Of a DNA stretch of 64,000 nt, positions 47,635 to 59,765 are shown piece by piece. How positions within the stretch are numbered: the first letter of the stretch is position 1; each line of letters starts with the position of its first letter. The DNA is from Malacoraja senta (taxonomy: Eukaryota), in assembly GCA_038087875.1 (NCBI GenBank), contig CM075977.1, positions 225,556,001 through 225,620,000 on the forward strand. The letters run 5' to 3'. The translations under genes were made by a program, and so were the position numbers. Under the pieces are notes generated by a model. That model was not told the origin of the DNA. It searched no databases and saw only the letters and a program-made list of their open reading frames with translations.

Positions 47635-48984
47635 ACTAGAACTCTACCAAAACAAACAAACATATCGGCTTGGAAATTCTATCATATTGTGCAGTATTTA
47701 TGGGCACAATGGATTTGATTGGAAAATGAATCACAAACCAAGATTTGAATTTATTACATTTATATCAAAATTCATTAATTTCCTTCTGAATCCTCACCAC
47801 ATATGTTCCTATAAGCAGCATCCAATATGCTTAATGGCCAGCAGATTATGCAAACCATTCGCATAAACATAGATCTTCACAGCAAAGGTGCGGTCTCTTT
47901 GGTCAAAACATAAAGGGTAACTGAGTGGTACCTAGCCCTTGAATCCGGCATTGCAAACCAGTTGCAGCCTGGCCCTCTTTGGTTAAACACCTTCCCCCTC
48001 ATGACTGTTCTACTTCAGACTCTTTCTCCCCAACAATCAAGATCTAACCCAAATCTTAACACCTGGTCGCAGCTTTGCCCTGCCATCCATACTGATGGCT
48101 TGATAATATCCCTTCTCAACTAGGACTGGACTTTCACTCTTAGTGATCTGTGAACTACACCCATGATCTCCACTTGCTCAGCATTATAGCTTTTAATGTA
48201 TTAATCACACAAGGCATGTAATGTTGCACCCATTGCCTTGGGCCTTGTGTGAAATAGAATTTTACATTTGCAGAATTTTACACAAGTAATGTGTTTGCCT
48301 GCAACACACCTAATGTTAAATGCACCTAATCAGGTGCCAAATAATTTCTAGGCAAGAGTGCATACAAAATGGTTGCATTTAAAATTCCACTAAAAGCCAG
48401 AGATAAAAGTGAGCAATTCCATAATAATGACTTTCATTATTGTAAATGCTGACAGCTTTGACACCTGAATTGGAACTTTGGGAAATTAAGGCATTCACAA
48501 GAAATGAAATCCAGATTTATTTCGAATTCCTAGAGTCTGGTTTGTGATTTATAGTCACTTATGTCTGCAGTGTGGTTTAACAAATAGTTTCATCTGCAGC
48601 TGAGGCAGAAAAAATAATTTAAAAAAGGGAAAAAAATATTTGGCTAACCTTCCACTTGGTAAATTGCTAAAAAAAGATACACATTTAATTCTGGTTTTAA
48701 TCACGAGGAATTTAGAAAGAAAATATTGAATTATTGGTTTCCTAACGAGACCTAATTAAACAAAGCTAATTATCTTCAATTAGCATTAACCACGATGATT
48801 GAAGATAGAGGGGAAGTCAAATTACAATTCTAAACTACAGTGATAACACAGTGTCCATGATCAGGTATTCTCATTGTAAAAGACAAAACAAAATCAGTCT
48901 TTGTACCATTGGTGCCTGAGATATAGTCTGTGTAAACGTTTTCTTTTCCTTTCGGCAGTATGAGAATATTGATGAACACACTTA

Positions 48985-49294
48985 AAGCCCTGTCCCACAG
49001 TACGAGTTAATTCCAAGAGCTCTCCCGAGTTAAACAAAAATCAAACTCGTGGTGAGCAAGGGGAATGAACGTAGCGGGTACGTCGGAGCTCGGGGACGCT
49101 AACGGCAGGTACTCGAGAAGACTCGCTAATTGCAGGTAAGCACGGGAAGAATCGTGAAGATTATTCAACATCTTGAAAAATGTCCACGAGAGCCCCGAGT
49201 ACCGACGAGTGGCCGTTACCATAAATCTCCGAGTTCGAATCAGGGCAAACTCGGGAGAGCTCTTGGAATAAACTCGTACCGTGGGACAGGGCTT
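48985..49294. mobile_element. PIF/Harbinger MITE (310 bp)
   Basis: TTA TSD on both sides and ~47-bp TIRs (AAGCCCTGTCCCACAGTACGAGTTAATTCCAAGAGCTCTCCCGAGTT) with 2 mismatches. Confidence 0.92.
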
Positions 49295-49529
49295 TTATCA
49301 TAACACAATGAGTTACAAGATTTAACTAAAACATTGTGGAGAGATATGGCCAGCGGACACTCCTACTCCATTTGGAAATCAGAGCAACTGATACATTTCT
49401 GCCAAATAATTACACCATAGCAATTACAGAGCGTGTAGTATAAAGGAAGGCAAAAAATAGTGATGGTCAGAAAGAAGCAAATCAACATTTGACTCTCGAG
49501 ATCTATCATAAAGTGGAAATAAGAATCAT

Positions 49530-49895
49530 ATAACTGCAGATGTTGGAAATCTGAAATATAAAAAAGTAAAAGCTGGGCGCACTCAATGAATCTAGCAGCA
49601 TCTGCAGAAAGGGAAACATTTTAAATTGATGATCCTTTGTTAAAACTATGACAGAGGGAAACTGTTAGCTTTAAGTTACAGAGAAGGTAGGGAAGGAATG
49701 GATCGCATGAAGGAAATCTTCCAGAGGGTGAGTTCAAGATTATCGATGGATAAACTGGAACAGTTAGAGAGAGAAGAAAAGCTATGAGATGAGGGCAGTT
49801 AGGGAGTGAAAGGAATTTGAAAAGGTCCACTTGGATATTAACTCTTTCCACAGGTGTTGCCTGACCAGCTGTTTGTTTCCATCATTTTATGGCTT
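49530..49895. mobile_element. Old PLE remnant in inverted configuration
   Basis: ACTGCAGATGTTGGAAATCTG..GCAGCATCTG at the left and CACAGGTGTTGCCTGACCAGCTG at the right. Confidence 0.6.
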
Positions 49896-50879
49896 CATCC
49901 GATAATGGTGAACAACTGGTGCAGGGAAATGGCTATGAGGGTTTGTAGTAGATATGATACAATAGCATTAGGAAAATTAATGAATTAGGAGACTGGTATA
50001 AATATCATGTCCTCTCAATTTCTTTGACAATGAATAATGAAATGCAAAAAAAATGCTTTTTACATTTTACCCAACCACAAAATCCAACTCATCACATGAT
50101 TGTTTTTATGTCAAAGCAAGTAACCTATTTAACTTATTTTGCTATGAAGGCATAGCTATAATATAATTGAAGCCACACACAGCATTCCAACCACTGGTGA
50201 GATCTTTCTCCTGGAAATGTTCACTATTGGGTAACATAATGATTACAAATAGTGAACCACCCATTCGAGTCAGACTGATTGGGTAATCTCACCATCAATC
50301 AGGCCTGCAATGCTGAAATTATTGATTTTAAAGATGAAATTTATATTTTGTTGAATAAATTTGCTCATGCACAAATTCCTCTAGTGATTGCAGATAGTGG
50401 GGATTATTTAAAAAAAGAATAGGTGGATAAACCTTATTTTGTCTTTTGCATCATAGCTGTAAAATGTTACCGTTGTTTTGCGTTAGGTCCTACATTAAGT
50501 CTTGTTCTACGCCCACTTTATTATCAAACACCTTGGTATCAATAAACACCCCAAATATGCATGGAATGAAGTTGTCTTCGGTGGTCAGCAGATAAACCAG
50601 CAATATGAGAAGGATTGTAGATGCAAGTAATTATGTATGAAGGGCTACTCAATTTTATGCTGCCATTGATTTTTGGATATTTTAAATTGTAATTATGCCA
50701 TTAATCAAACTAAGATTGGATCGAGGACTAATGATGGGCAGGGTAAATTAAATGGTATGTGCATCTCTTGCATGTCACAAGCAACACTTTGCTGGTCATG
50801 TTCCATGGTTAGATGCCCTACCCTCCACACTGAATAACCATTCCTATTGTATTATTTTGCATGTTATGAACAATTTCAT

Positions 50880-51482
50880 GAACAAGTTGGGAGGTCATGT
50901 TGCAGTTATATAAGACGTTGTATAAGACGTTGGTGTGACCGCATTTAGAATATTGTGTTCAGTTCTGGGCACCATGTAGGAATGATGTTGTCAAGCTTGA
51001 AAGGGTACAGAGATGATTTACGAGGATGTTGCCAGGGCTAGAGTGTCTGAGCTATAGGGTGAGTTTGAGTAGGCTGGGACTCAATTCCTTGGAGCGCAGG
51101 AGAATGAGGGGTGATCTTATAGAGGTGTATAAAATCATGAGAGGAATAGATCGAGTAGATGCACAGACTCTTGCCCTGAGAAGGTGAATCGAGGACTCGA
51201 GGACATAGGTTTAAGGTGAAGGGGAAAAGATTTAATAGGAATATGAGGGGTAACTTTTTCACACAAAGGGTGGTGGGTGTATAGAGCAAGCTGCCAGAGG
51301 AGGAAGTTGAGGCTGGCACTATCACAACGTTTAAGAAAAAGTTAGACAGGTACATGGATAGGACAGATTTGCAGGGATATGGACCAAACGCAGGCAGGTG
51401 GGACTACTGTAGCTGGAACGTTGGCCGGTGTGGATAGGTTGGGCCGAAAGGCATATTTCCACGCTGTATTATTCTATGACTC
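50880..51482 (+). mobile_element. CR1 3' fragment
   Basis: GTCATGTTGCAGTTATATAAGACGTTG..TTCTGG..; ends TATTCTATGACTC. Confidence 0.85.
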
Positions 51483-51571
51483 CAATATTGCACATTTAAT
51501 GTCAGTATGAGGCTCTGATTCATGGTGACTTGCAATTGATAATGTGATCATGACTCCAAAATTCATTTAAT

Positions 51572-52522
51572 TCAAATGTAGCATCTCCAAGCTTGCGGAT
51601 GACACAAAGCTGGGTGGCAGTGTGAGCTGCGAGGAGGATGTTATGAGGCTGCAAGGTGACTTGGATAGGTTTGGTGAGAGAAGATGCAAGGCAGATGCAG
51701 TATAATGTGGATAAATGTGAGGTTATCCACTTTGGTGGCAAGAACAAGGCGGCAGATTATTATCTGAATGTTGTCAGATTAGGAAAAGGGGAGATGCAAC
51801 GAGACTTGGGTATCCTTGTACATTAGTCACTGAAAGTAAGCATGCAGGTACAGCAGGCAGTGAAGAAAGCTAATGGCATGTTGGCTTTCATAGTGAGAGG
51901 ATTTGAGTATAGGAGCAAGGAGGTCCTACTGCAGTTGTACAGGGCCCTGGTGAGACCACACCTGGAGTATAGTGTGCAGTTTTGGTCTCCTAATTTGAGG
52001 AAGGACATTCTTGCTACTGAGGGAGTGCAGCGTGGGTTCACCAGGTTAATTCCCAGGATGGCGGGACTGACATGTGATGAAAGAATGGATCGACTATACT
52101 TATATGCACTGGAATTTAGAAGGATAAGAGGGGATCTTATAGAAACATGCAAAATTCTTAAAGGATTGGACAGGCTAGATGCAGGAAAAATGTTCCCGAT
52201 GTTGGGGGAGTCCAGAACCAGGGGTCACAGTTTAAGAATTAGGGGGAGGCCATTGAGGACTGAGATGAGGAAATACTTTTTCACCCAGTGAGTTGTGAAT
52301 CTGTGGAATTCTCTGCCACAGAAGGCAGTGGAGGCCAATTCACTGGATGTATTTAATAGAGAGTTAGATATAGCTCTTAGGGCTAATGGAATCAAAGGAT
52401 ATGGGGAGAAAGCTGGAACGGGGTTCTTATTTTGAATGATCAGCCATGATCATATTGAATGGTGGTGCTGGCTCGAAGGGCCAAATGGCCTACTCCTGCA
52501 CCTATTTTTTATGTTTCTATGT
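51572..52522 (+). mobile_element. CR1/HER1 LINE, RT C-terminal half and 3' UTR
   Basis: SKLADDTKLGG, and ORF 51842-52291 (QQAVKKANGMLAFI..LYRALVRPHLEYSVQFWSP). Tail TTTATGTTTCTATGT. Confidence 0.92.
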
Positions 52523-54791
52523 AATCTCTGACGTGGTTTGATTTGAACCCAACTCACAATCCAAATGACCAATCCACTGTGCATCCCATCTGCTTCTCTC
52601 CATTGATAATATTTTTCAAAGATTAAATTTAACTGTGATTAAATATTGTACATGGGCATTTTAAGATACAAGACATGGAGGGAAAAAATCAATACAAAAC
52701 TACTGCTGCATATTGTCAAGAGAGCATTGGTCAACTGTTTTTTCAGAATCTTGCATTGATTAATGGTGGAATGGTCTCAAAGCTATGCAAGATTCTGTTG
52801 AATGGTATCCATGGCTGAATTTGCAATGTGATCTACTCTCAAGGGAAACTTTGCACTAGAAATGCCCAACTATGCATTTTACATCAATCTTGCTTGTTAT
52901 ACCTTTTTACAATAGAAGGAGTAGTACTTATGTGCCTTCCTGTGAATTGTTTTTCTTTGTCCATGTCATTGTTACTGCTAATCTATAGCAGTCACACATA
53001 ACGGTGGAGCAAGTAGTTGACTTGTAGTAGCACAACATCCTGTTTAAGATCCCATGAGTTTCTGTACTTACTGTGTGTTCTCTTGTTTGCTGTCTTTGAA
53101 TTGCTATTCAAAAGGCCTTGTTGGCAATGAAGATAAATACATATTTTCAGGAGAATTTTTAATATAAAAGAATGCAAATCATTTTTCCCTATATATTGGA
53201 ATTTTAAACAAAAGATGTAAATACATTAATCTTTGCTCTCTAATAACATTAATGTAAATTTTTATTTTGAATTAAAGACATATGTTCCTAATTCATAGTA
53301 GCCTCTCTCTCTACCAACTGTAGGTATCAGGAACTGAATAGCATTTGGCCTTTGCTTCATTACTGTGGACGGTACAGTGCATTACTGTGGATACTCCACC
53401 AACAATACACTCGTTGGTGTTGTCCTTTTTTACGCAATGTCTTTCATTGCGATGTCTTCTTTATACTTTGCTTTTGTCAACTTATTAGAGAATTGGATCA
53501 TTTCTCTGGATTCAGTCAACCATCTGTTGTGATAAAATTCCCATACTTTTTGTTATAGAACAAACCTTGCCTTGTACGGGTACCATAGTTTCTATTGCTA
53601 TGAATAATTATTTTATTCAGAGGTGCCAAGTCCCATAAATCAAACATTTGAACTAAAGCTTCCATCTCAGCAGTGCCCCCAGACAGGAAGGAGAACTGAG
53701 TACAAATCAGGGAGTCTCTGCAGTTGTTGGCACCTCAGAGTTCTTCAGAACAGAGATTTGACAATAGCTAACATTTATTTAGGACCATAAACATTATTCC
53801 AGGAGGCATTAGAGAGACAAAAGGTAAAGTCAAGTTTTAATGTCCAAAAGGCTGGTCAAAAAAAGGTACTTAAAGCCTGGGAAATAAGGAAATAGCAGGA
53901 GGAGTTTGAGGGCAGAATTGCCAAGAATGGGGCTGAGTTGGCTGAGATCTTCAACAAACATTAGCACACATACAGACATCAAAGAACCAAAAAAGATACA
54001 TAAAAAAATTGTGAAAACATTCAATAAGGTCTCATTGCATATATGAAAGAATAATTTATAATTTTTTACTTATTTCTTAATTTTCATTTCAGTAACCGTA
54101 ACTTCTTTCAACTCTTTCCCCATTCGTTCATTCCTTTTCATGTACCATTCCGTAAGCAAGAAGACGGGAAAGGATCTTAGCACTGAACTTATTTGGAATT
54201 TTGCCAGGATGCAAGAAATTATCTGGCAAACAAATTTCCTTCCTGAAAGTTGTTTGGCCTCTGTTCAGCTCCTGGTCGAAATTGCATTTGAAATGCCAAT
54301 CTCATTGTATGTAGAATGACGGGGTTAATTCTATATATTAACATTTTGTTGAATTATTCTAAACCTCATTTCCATACCATGATACTGGGCACATTAATTT
54401 TGTTCTCCTCCACATAGCTTTAACATGAGTTATAATTTATTTAGGACTTAAATGTTATTCCAATGGACATGAGAGAGGCATAAAGTAAAGCCAGGTTTTA
54501 AAGAGCAAAGAACAAAGACCTGGTTTTAAAAAAAGGGGGGTATTTAGAGGCAGGGAGATTTGGAGGAATTTGGAGAAATTTTGGAGAATTATTTTAATGT
54601 AATTTTGTTTTCTTCCACATAATTGGCTTCACATACCTGGAATCAACATATTTCATCAATAAATGATGTAGAAATTGCTGGAGGAAATGCTCAATAAGGT
54701 CTGGAAAAAGTTAGCAGCTCAACATCTACCTTGTCCAGTCATTAAAAAGCATCTTCCACGCAGAAAATTAAAGCATTAAACTGTTTAATTA

Positions 54792-54947
54792 GGCGACGTT
54801 TCGGGTCGAGACGCTTCTTCTAAAGAAGGGTCTTGACCCGAAACGTCGCCTATTTCCTTCGCTCCATAGATGCTGCCTCACCCGCTGAGTTTCTCCAGCA
54901 TTTTTATCTACCTTCGATTTTCCAGCATCTGCAGTTCCTTCTTAAAC
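54792..54947 (+). mobile_element. PLE insert with inverted 5' hammerhead half and 14-bp TSD
   Basis: AAACTGTTTAATTA at 54778-54791 and 54948-54961. Hairpin GGCGACGTTTCGGGTCGAGAC..CTTCTT|..AAGAAGGGTCTTGACCCGAAACGTCGCC. Confidence 0.85.
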
Positions 54948-55796
54948 AAACTGTTTAATTAAATCAGTAAAGGAGGGTTAGGGGCATCATGCAGAAAATG
55001 CTTAGTAGCTGATTAGGACGTACCTTAAATATTGTAATCAGTCCAGTTACCAATGAAAAATCCAACATTTTAGATGTGGTGCAATAAAGGGCAAGAGATT
55101 GTTCTCTAGTGTCAATAGCTTTTCTTTTGAGAAAGGCCTTGACAGACTCAGACTTCAGATGCAGACAGAGACAAATGAGCATTTGAAAGAGGAAAGAAAG
55201 ATTTGCTTTTGAACAGTGACTGTCTTGTTCTTCTCAAGAATTTCAACGTGTTTCCCAGCCAACAAAATACCAACAAAACACCTTTTGTGATAAGTTGGCT
55301 GCCTTATTCTTGTAAGAATGGAACAGCCAAATTGTGGACAAAAGACTCCATAAATAGCTGTATAATAATGCAAAATAATCTAAATGTTGGGGCTGTTGAC
55401 AGAGGGCCGGTTTATTATTGTCACGTGTACCAAGATTCAGTGAAAAACGTTGTTATCTCTCCACACATGTCAATAATAAATGTTGTATCTCATGGCCAGG
55501 ACGAGGCAAATAACTCCCTTGCTCTGCTACTAAGGTATTCTTTGCATAATGTTAAGTAGGATAAAAGTGGAAAGGAGAGTGTTAATCCAGAGCCCTCACT
55601 CGTGTTAAACACAATTATAGAACCATGTACAAGCACAAGTCAAAGATGTGATATAAAGACAGACTTTTGTATTCGACAATGTATGCAAACTTGATATATT
55701 TCAGCTGATGATATTGCCAAGATGCAGCAAATAGAGGGGGAGAAGGTAGGCAACAGCAGTGGGTCATAATCATACACAGAAAATAAGCTCTTTTTG

Positions 55797-56012
55797 AAGA
55801 TAGGCACAAAATGCTGGAGAAACCCAGCAGGTCAGGCAGCATCTCTGGAGAAAATGGATAGATGATGCCACCTATCCATTTTCTGCTGGAGTCTGATGAA
55901 GTGTCTCAACCCAAAGCATCACCCATTCCTTTTTTCCAGAGATGCTGCCTGACTCGCTGAGTTCCTCCAGTATTTTGTGTCCATCTTTGGTGTAAACCAG
56001 TATCTGCAGTTT
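55797..56012. mobile_element. PLE pLTR inverted pair
   Basis: GCTGGAGAAACCCAGCAGGTCAGGCAGCATC ... GATGCTGCCTGACTCGCTGAGTTCCTCCAG. Confidence 0.8.
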
Positions 56013-56029
56013 ATTTTATTACAATTTTC

Positions 56030-57215
56030 TGAAGATACTCTGATAAGGGTAGACAGTCAGAACCATTTTCCCAAGGTGGAATGGTCAAAGACTAGAGGGC
56101 ACAGCTTTACGGTGAGAGGAGCAAAGTTTAAAGGAGATGTCACAGAGTTATACGGCGTGGAAACAGGCTCCTTGGCTCAACTCACACTGACCAACATGTC
56201 CCATCTACACTAGTCCCAACTGCCCACATTTGGCCCATATCCCTCTAAACCTATCCTATCTTTGTATCTGTCCAAATGTTTTGTAAATGTTGTGATAGTC
56301 CCTGCCTCAACTACCTCCTTCAGCAGCTCGTTCCATACACACTCTGTGTAAAAAAAGACGTTACCCCTCTATTAAATCTTTCCCCCCACACTTTAGGCTT
56401 ATGTCCTCTGGTTCTCGATTCCCCTGCTCTGGGCAAATGACTGTGTGTTTTCCCGATCTATTGCTCTCTATATTAAGATCACCCCTCATCCTCCTGCACT
56501 CCAAGGAATGAAGTCTTAGCATGCTCAACCTCTCCCTATAGCTCAGGCCCTTGAGTCCTGGCAACATCCTTATCTTCTCTTACCCTTTCCAACTTGACAA
56601 CATCTGTCCTACCACATGGTGATCAAAACTGAACACAATACTCTGAATGTGGCCTCGGTAACATCTTGTATAACTGTGACATGACCTCTCAACTTATATA
56701 CTAAACACTGACTGATAAAGGCCAATGTGCCAAACGCCTTTTTAACATCCCTACATATCTGTGACGCCACTTTCAAGGAGCTATGGACCTGCACTCCTAG
56801 ATTCCTCTGCTCTACAACACTCCCTTGACCCTGTTATTCACTGTGTAGGTGCTGCCCTTGTTAGACTTTTTAAAATGCAACACCTCACATTTCTCTGTAT
56901 TAAATTCCATCAACCGTTCCTCAGCCCAACAGATCAAGAACCTGCTGTAATTTTTGCCAACCATCTGCATTATCTACAATACCACCCACTTTAGTGTGAA
57001 GATACATTTTTAATATAGCGCTGTCAGGGATGGTGTTGGGGGCAGATACGATAGTGACATTTTAAAGGCTTTTGGATAGGTAAATAGATGTGCAGGGAAT
57101 GGCGGGATATGGATCATTTGCAGGCAGAGGAGATTAGTTTAACTTGGGAACATGTTCAGCACAGATATTGTGGGCCAAAGGGCCTGTTCCTGTGCTGTAC
57201 TGTTCTATGTTCTGT
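56030..57215. mobile_element. CR1 (+) fragment split by a nested CR1 (-) fragment (~56140-56995)
   Basis: Plus strand FPKVEWSKTRGHSFTVRGAKFKGDV. Minus strand MLPGLKGLSYRERL and VKKAFGTLAFISQ. Confidence 0.8.
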
Positions 57216-58073
57216 GTGACTATAATTAAATGGGTAAGCATGGGAAAGCCAAGCAAGAAAAACTCCACCATGCTGGACATAGATAGAAAGGCAATGAAAA
57301 AAAATGTTTTGCGTTAACTGTGACTGTAAAGAGGACCCTGAGGATGTTCAGAAATATTACATCATGGGCGTGTACTGGGTCAAGAAAGGGAGCTGTGAGA
57401 AAGATGTATGCAGATTTGAAAGACAATAACATATTAAAACATTTTTCAGCAAAAACCCTCAAAGTTTATTACAGATGATGAAGTACTTTGGAAATGAAAT
57501 TGCTGCTGTAACGTGGGAAATATTATGTTGCATGACTCCAAGTCCATCAATCAGTGAAAATTAATTTTTAAACAGAAATTATGTTCAGTGAGGAATAACT
57601 ATTCATTGGAATACTAAAGCCAATGGGAGATCTCCCACTTGGAAGACCTCCACCGCGACCTCTGGCGAGTTTGCCCGCGACCCATAGTCGCGGCAAGGTC
57701 GCCACGAGGTCGTAGGAGGTCTTCGTCACTCTCCTTCATGGTCGAAGTGGTCTCCGCGTAGTCGAGGCTTCAGCTAGGTCGCAGCGTATTTTTCAAAATG
57801 TTAAAAATTGACCGCGACTAAAAATAGGTCGCCGTGGGAAAAATCAATATTTTTTTTAGTCGTAGATCTAGTCGAAGCCGGTCGTAGTAGGTCGTGATGC
57901 TAGTCGTAGGTAGTCGAAGGTGGTCGAAGGTAGTCGAAGGTAATAGCTCCGGGGTGATAAAAGGTCAGTAGGAAAAAAAGGTAATTTAAACAGCAGAACG
58001 TCACCTCTTTCACTCCAAGGCATGTTCATTCATAGCTGGAGAGTTTTTTGGAGAGGAGACTTGTGTTTTAGAG

Positions 58074-58490
58074 ATGGCACCAAAAATGCAGCAGCGCAGG
58101 GGGAGGGCGCAACCTTAAAAAAAAACTGCCGTGCAGGTGTTGCCCACCCAGGAGGAGGAGTGGCAGGAGGTGATGCCACAGGAGGTGATAGTGCAGGAGG
58201 AGGTAGCCCTGCATGAGAGACCCCTGGAGAGAGGAGACCAGGGTGGTAGTATATGTCCCCACCATCACCCCATCCTTCACTGCCTCATTTGAAGGCAGCA
58301 AAGCAGCCTTTTCTCCTATGTCTGACACAGCATCAGAGGCAGATGCCCCATTGGTGGTGAGGGAGGGCTGGAGGAAGGTTATGCCTTACACCTTCACCAG
58401 GCAGCAGGAGGGGGACCTTGAGGAATGGTTCCAGCAGAATGCCATCCTGTACGAAAAGGAAAATGAGGGGTACAGGGACAGGGACAAGAA
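58074..58490 (+). pseudogene. Harbinger Myb/SANT-MADF-like DNA-binding protein, 5' part (disrupted, truncated)
   Basis: MAPKMQQRRGRAQP, acidic tract, then FTRQQEGDLEEWFQQNAILYEKENEGYRDRDK (MADF-like helix 1-2). Confidence 0.7.
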
Positions 58491-58754
58491 TGGCATGCTT
58501 GCCATCCACTGCCCCACATGTATGCTTAAAGTTCCATCTTTTGTCAAAGCCCAGCGCCACTCTCTTCCAGTCATCTGGTGTACTGGGTCAGTCCATCACA
58601 TCATCTCCATTCACCCATTCTTGTGCTTCCTCTTCACCCTTGCTCTTCCCCTTCTGCCTTTCTTAAAAGGCTGCTGAAACAAAAGGGCTACTGCAAACAG
58701 CAGTAGTTATATTTTTACTAACATCCTCCAAACTAGTTCCGTCCTTGCTTGCAT
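58491..58754 (-). pseudogene. Harbinger transposase (DDE_Tnp_4/HARBI1-like) remnant
   Basis: PSTPDDWKRVALGFDKRWNFKHTCGAVDGKH (first catalytic Asp motif) and a basic N-terminus MQARTELVW..KKGRRGRARVKRKHK. Confidence 0.88.
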
Positions 58755-59333
58755 GGTTCAGAATGATTTAAAAAAAAACCTGGGAGGCATTTTTTAGTAA
58801 GAAAAAAATGCAGACATTACATCATTTTATCAGGTGATCAAGTTGTTGGTTTTCGGTGTGGTCCTCTGAGGTGGAAGGGGGTCGTGCTCATTCACGGACC
58901 AATTTGCCAGAGACCATCCTCGAGTAAAACGTACATGCTCGAAGCCAGTCTTCAACATAGTCGAAGGAGGTCTTCTTCATAGTCGAGGGAGGTCTTCAAC
59001 ATAGTCGTAGGAGGTCGTACACATAGTCGTGGAAGGTCGTAGGAGGTCGTAGGTCACCGCAACCTTGATTTTTTAAACAAAGTCGCTTAAGGTCGCCAGA
59101 GGTCGCCATGGAGGTCTCCTAAGTGGGACAGGTCCTTAAGACACTCTTCTTTGAAATAGTGATATTAGACCTTTTACACTTAGCAGATTGAAGAGATAGC
59201 ATCATCCTTTAATGATGAATCCAAAGGTTGGCAGCTCCAACACTCAGTATTGCAATGGACACTTTGCTTGGATCGTGTGGTCAAATCTCTGGAGTGGGAA
59301 TTGAGCACAGGACCCTGACTTAGAGATGAAATA

Positions 59334-59765
59334 CAACACACAATCTGTTGGAAGAACTCAGCAGATCAGGCAGCATCTGCAGAGGAAGTAGACAGACGAG
59401 GTTTTGGAAAGAGTAGAAGGGAGATAGCTGGTATAAAATGGTGAAGGAGGGGTGGAGTAGAGCTTGCATTTGCTAAATGGATACAAGTGACGTAGGATTG
59501 CTTGGCAGATGGACATGTAGGGAAGGGTGGGAATAGTGATAGAGCTAGAAGGTGATAGCTGGTTGCCTATCATTTACAGTTCTTGCCATCCCTTCCCCAT
59601 TACCTCTTTATGCTGGCTATCTCCCCTCTACTCTTTCAATCCAAATGAAAGGTCCTGACCTGAAATATCCTCTCCATTTCCCTCCACGGATGCTGCCTGA
59701 TCTGCTGAGTTCTTCCAACAGATTGTGTGTTGTATCAGATTCCAGCAACTGGAGTCTCTCTGTCT
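59334..59765. mobile_element. PLE remnant with inverted pLTR arms
   Basis: CAACACACAATCTGTTGGAAGAACTCAGCAGATCAGGCAGCATC is exactly complementary to GATGCTGCCTGATCTGCTGAGTTCTTCCAACAGATTGTGTGTTG. Confidence 0.8.

Larger units (their letters stand above)
57618..59136. mobile_element. Internally deleted PIF/Harbinger transposon
   Basis: TIR core TCCCACTTGGAAGACCTCCACCGCGACCTCTGGCGA versus TCGCCAGAGGTCGCCATGGAGGTCTCCTAAGTGGGACAGGTCCT|TAA, GTCG subterminal arrays and two gene remnants. Confidence 0.9.
57390..59330 (-). mobile_element. Old DeuSINE/SacSINE1-like SINE (57390-57615 and 59140-59330) split by Harbinger
   Basis: CTCTTCTTTGAAATAGTG..TCTCTGGAGTGGGAATTGA..CTGACTTAGAG matches the recalled minus-strand Deu consensus. 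Confidence 0.6.
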
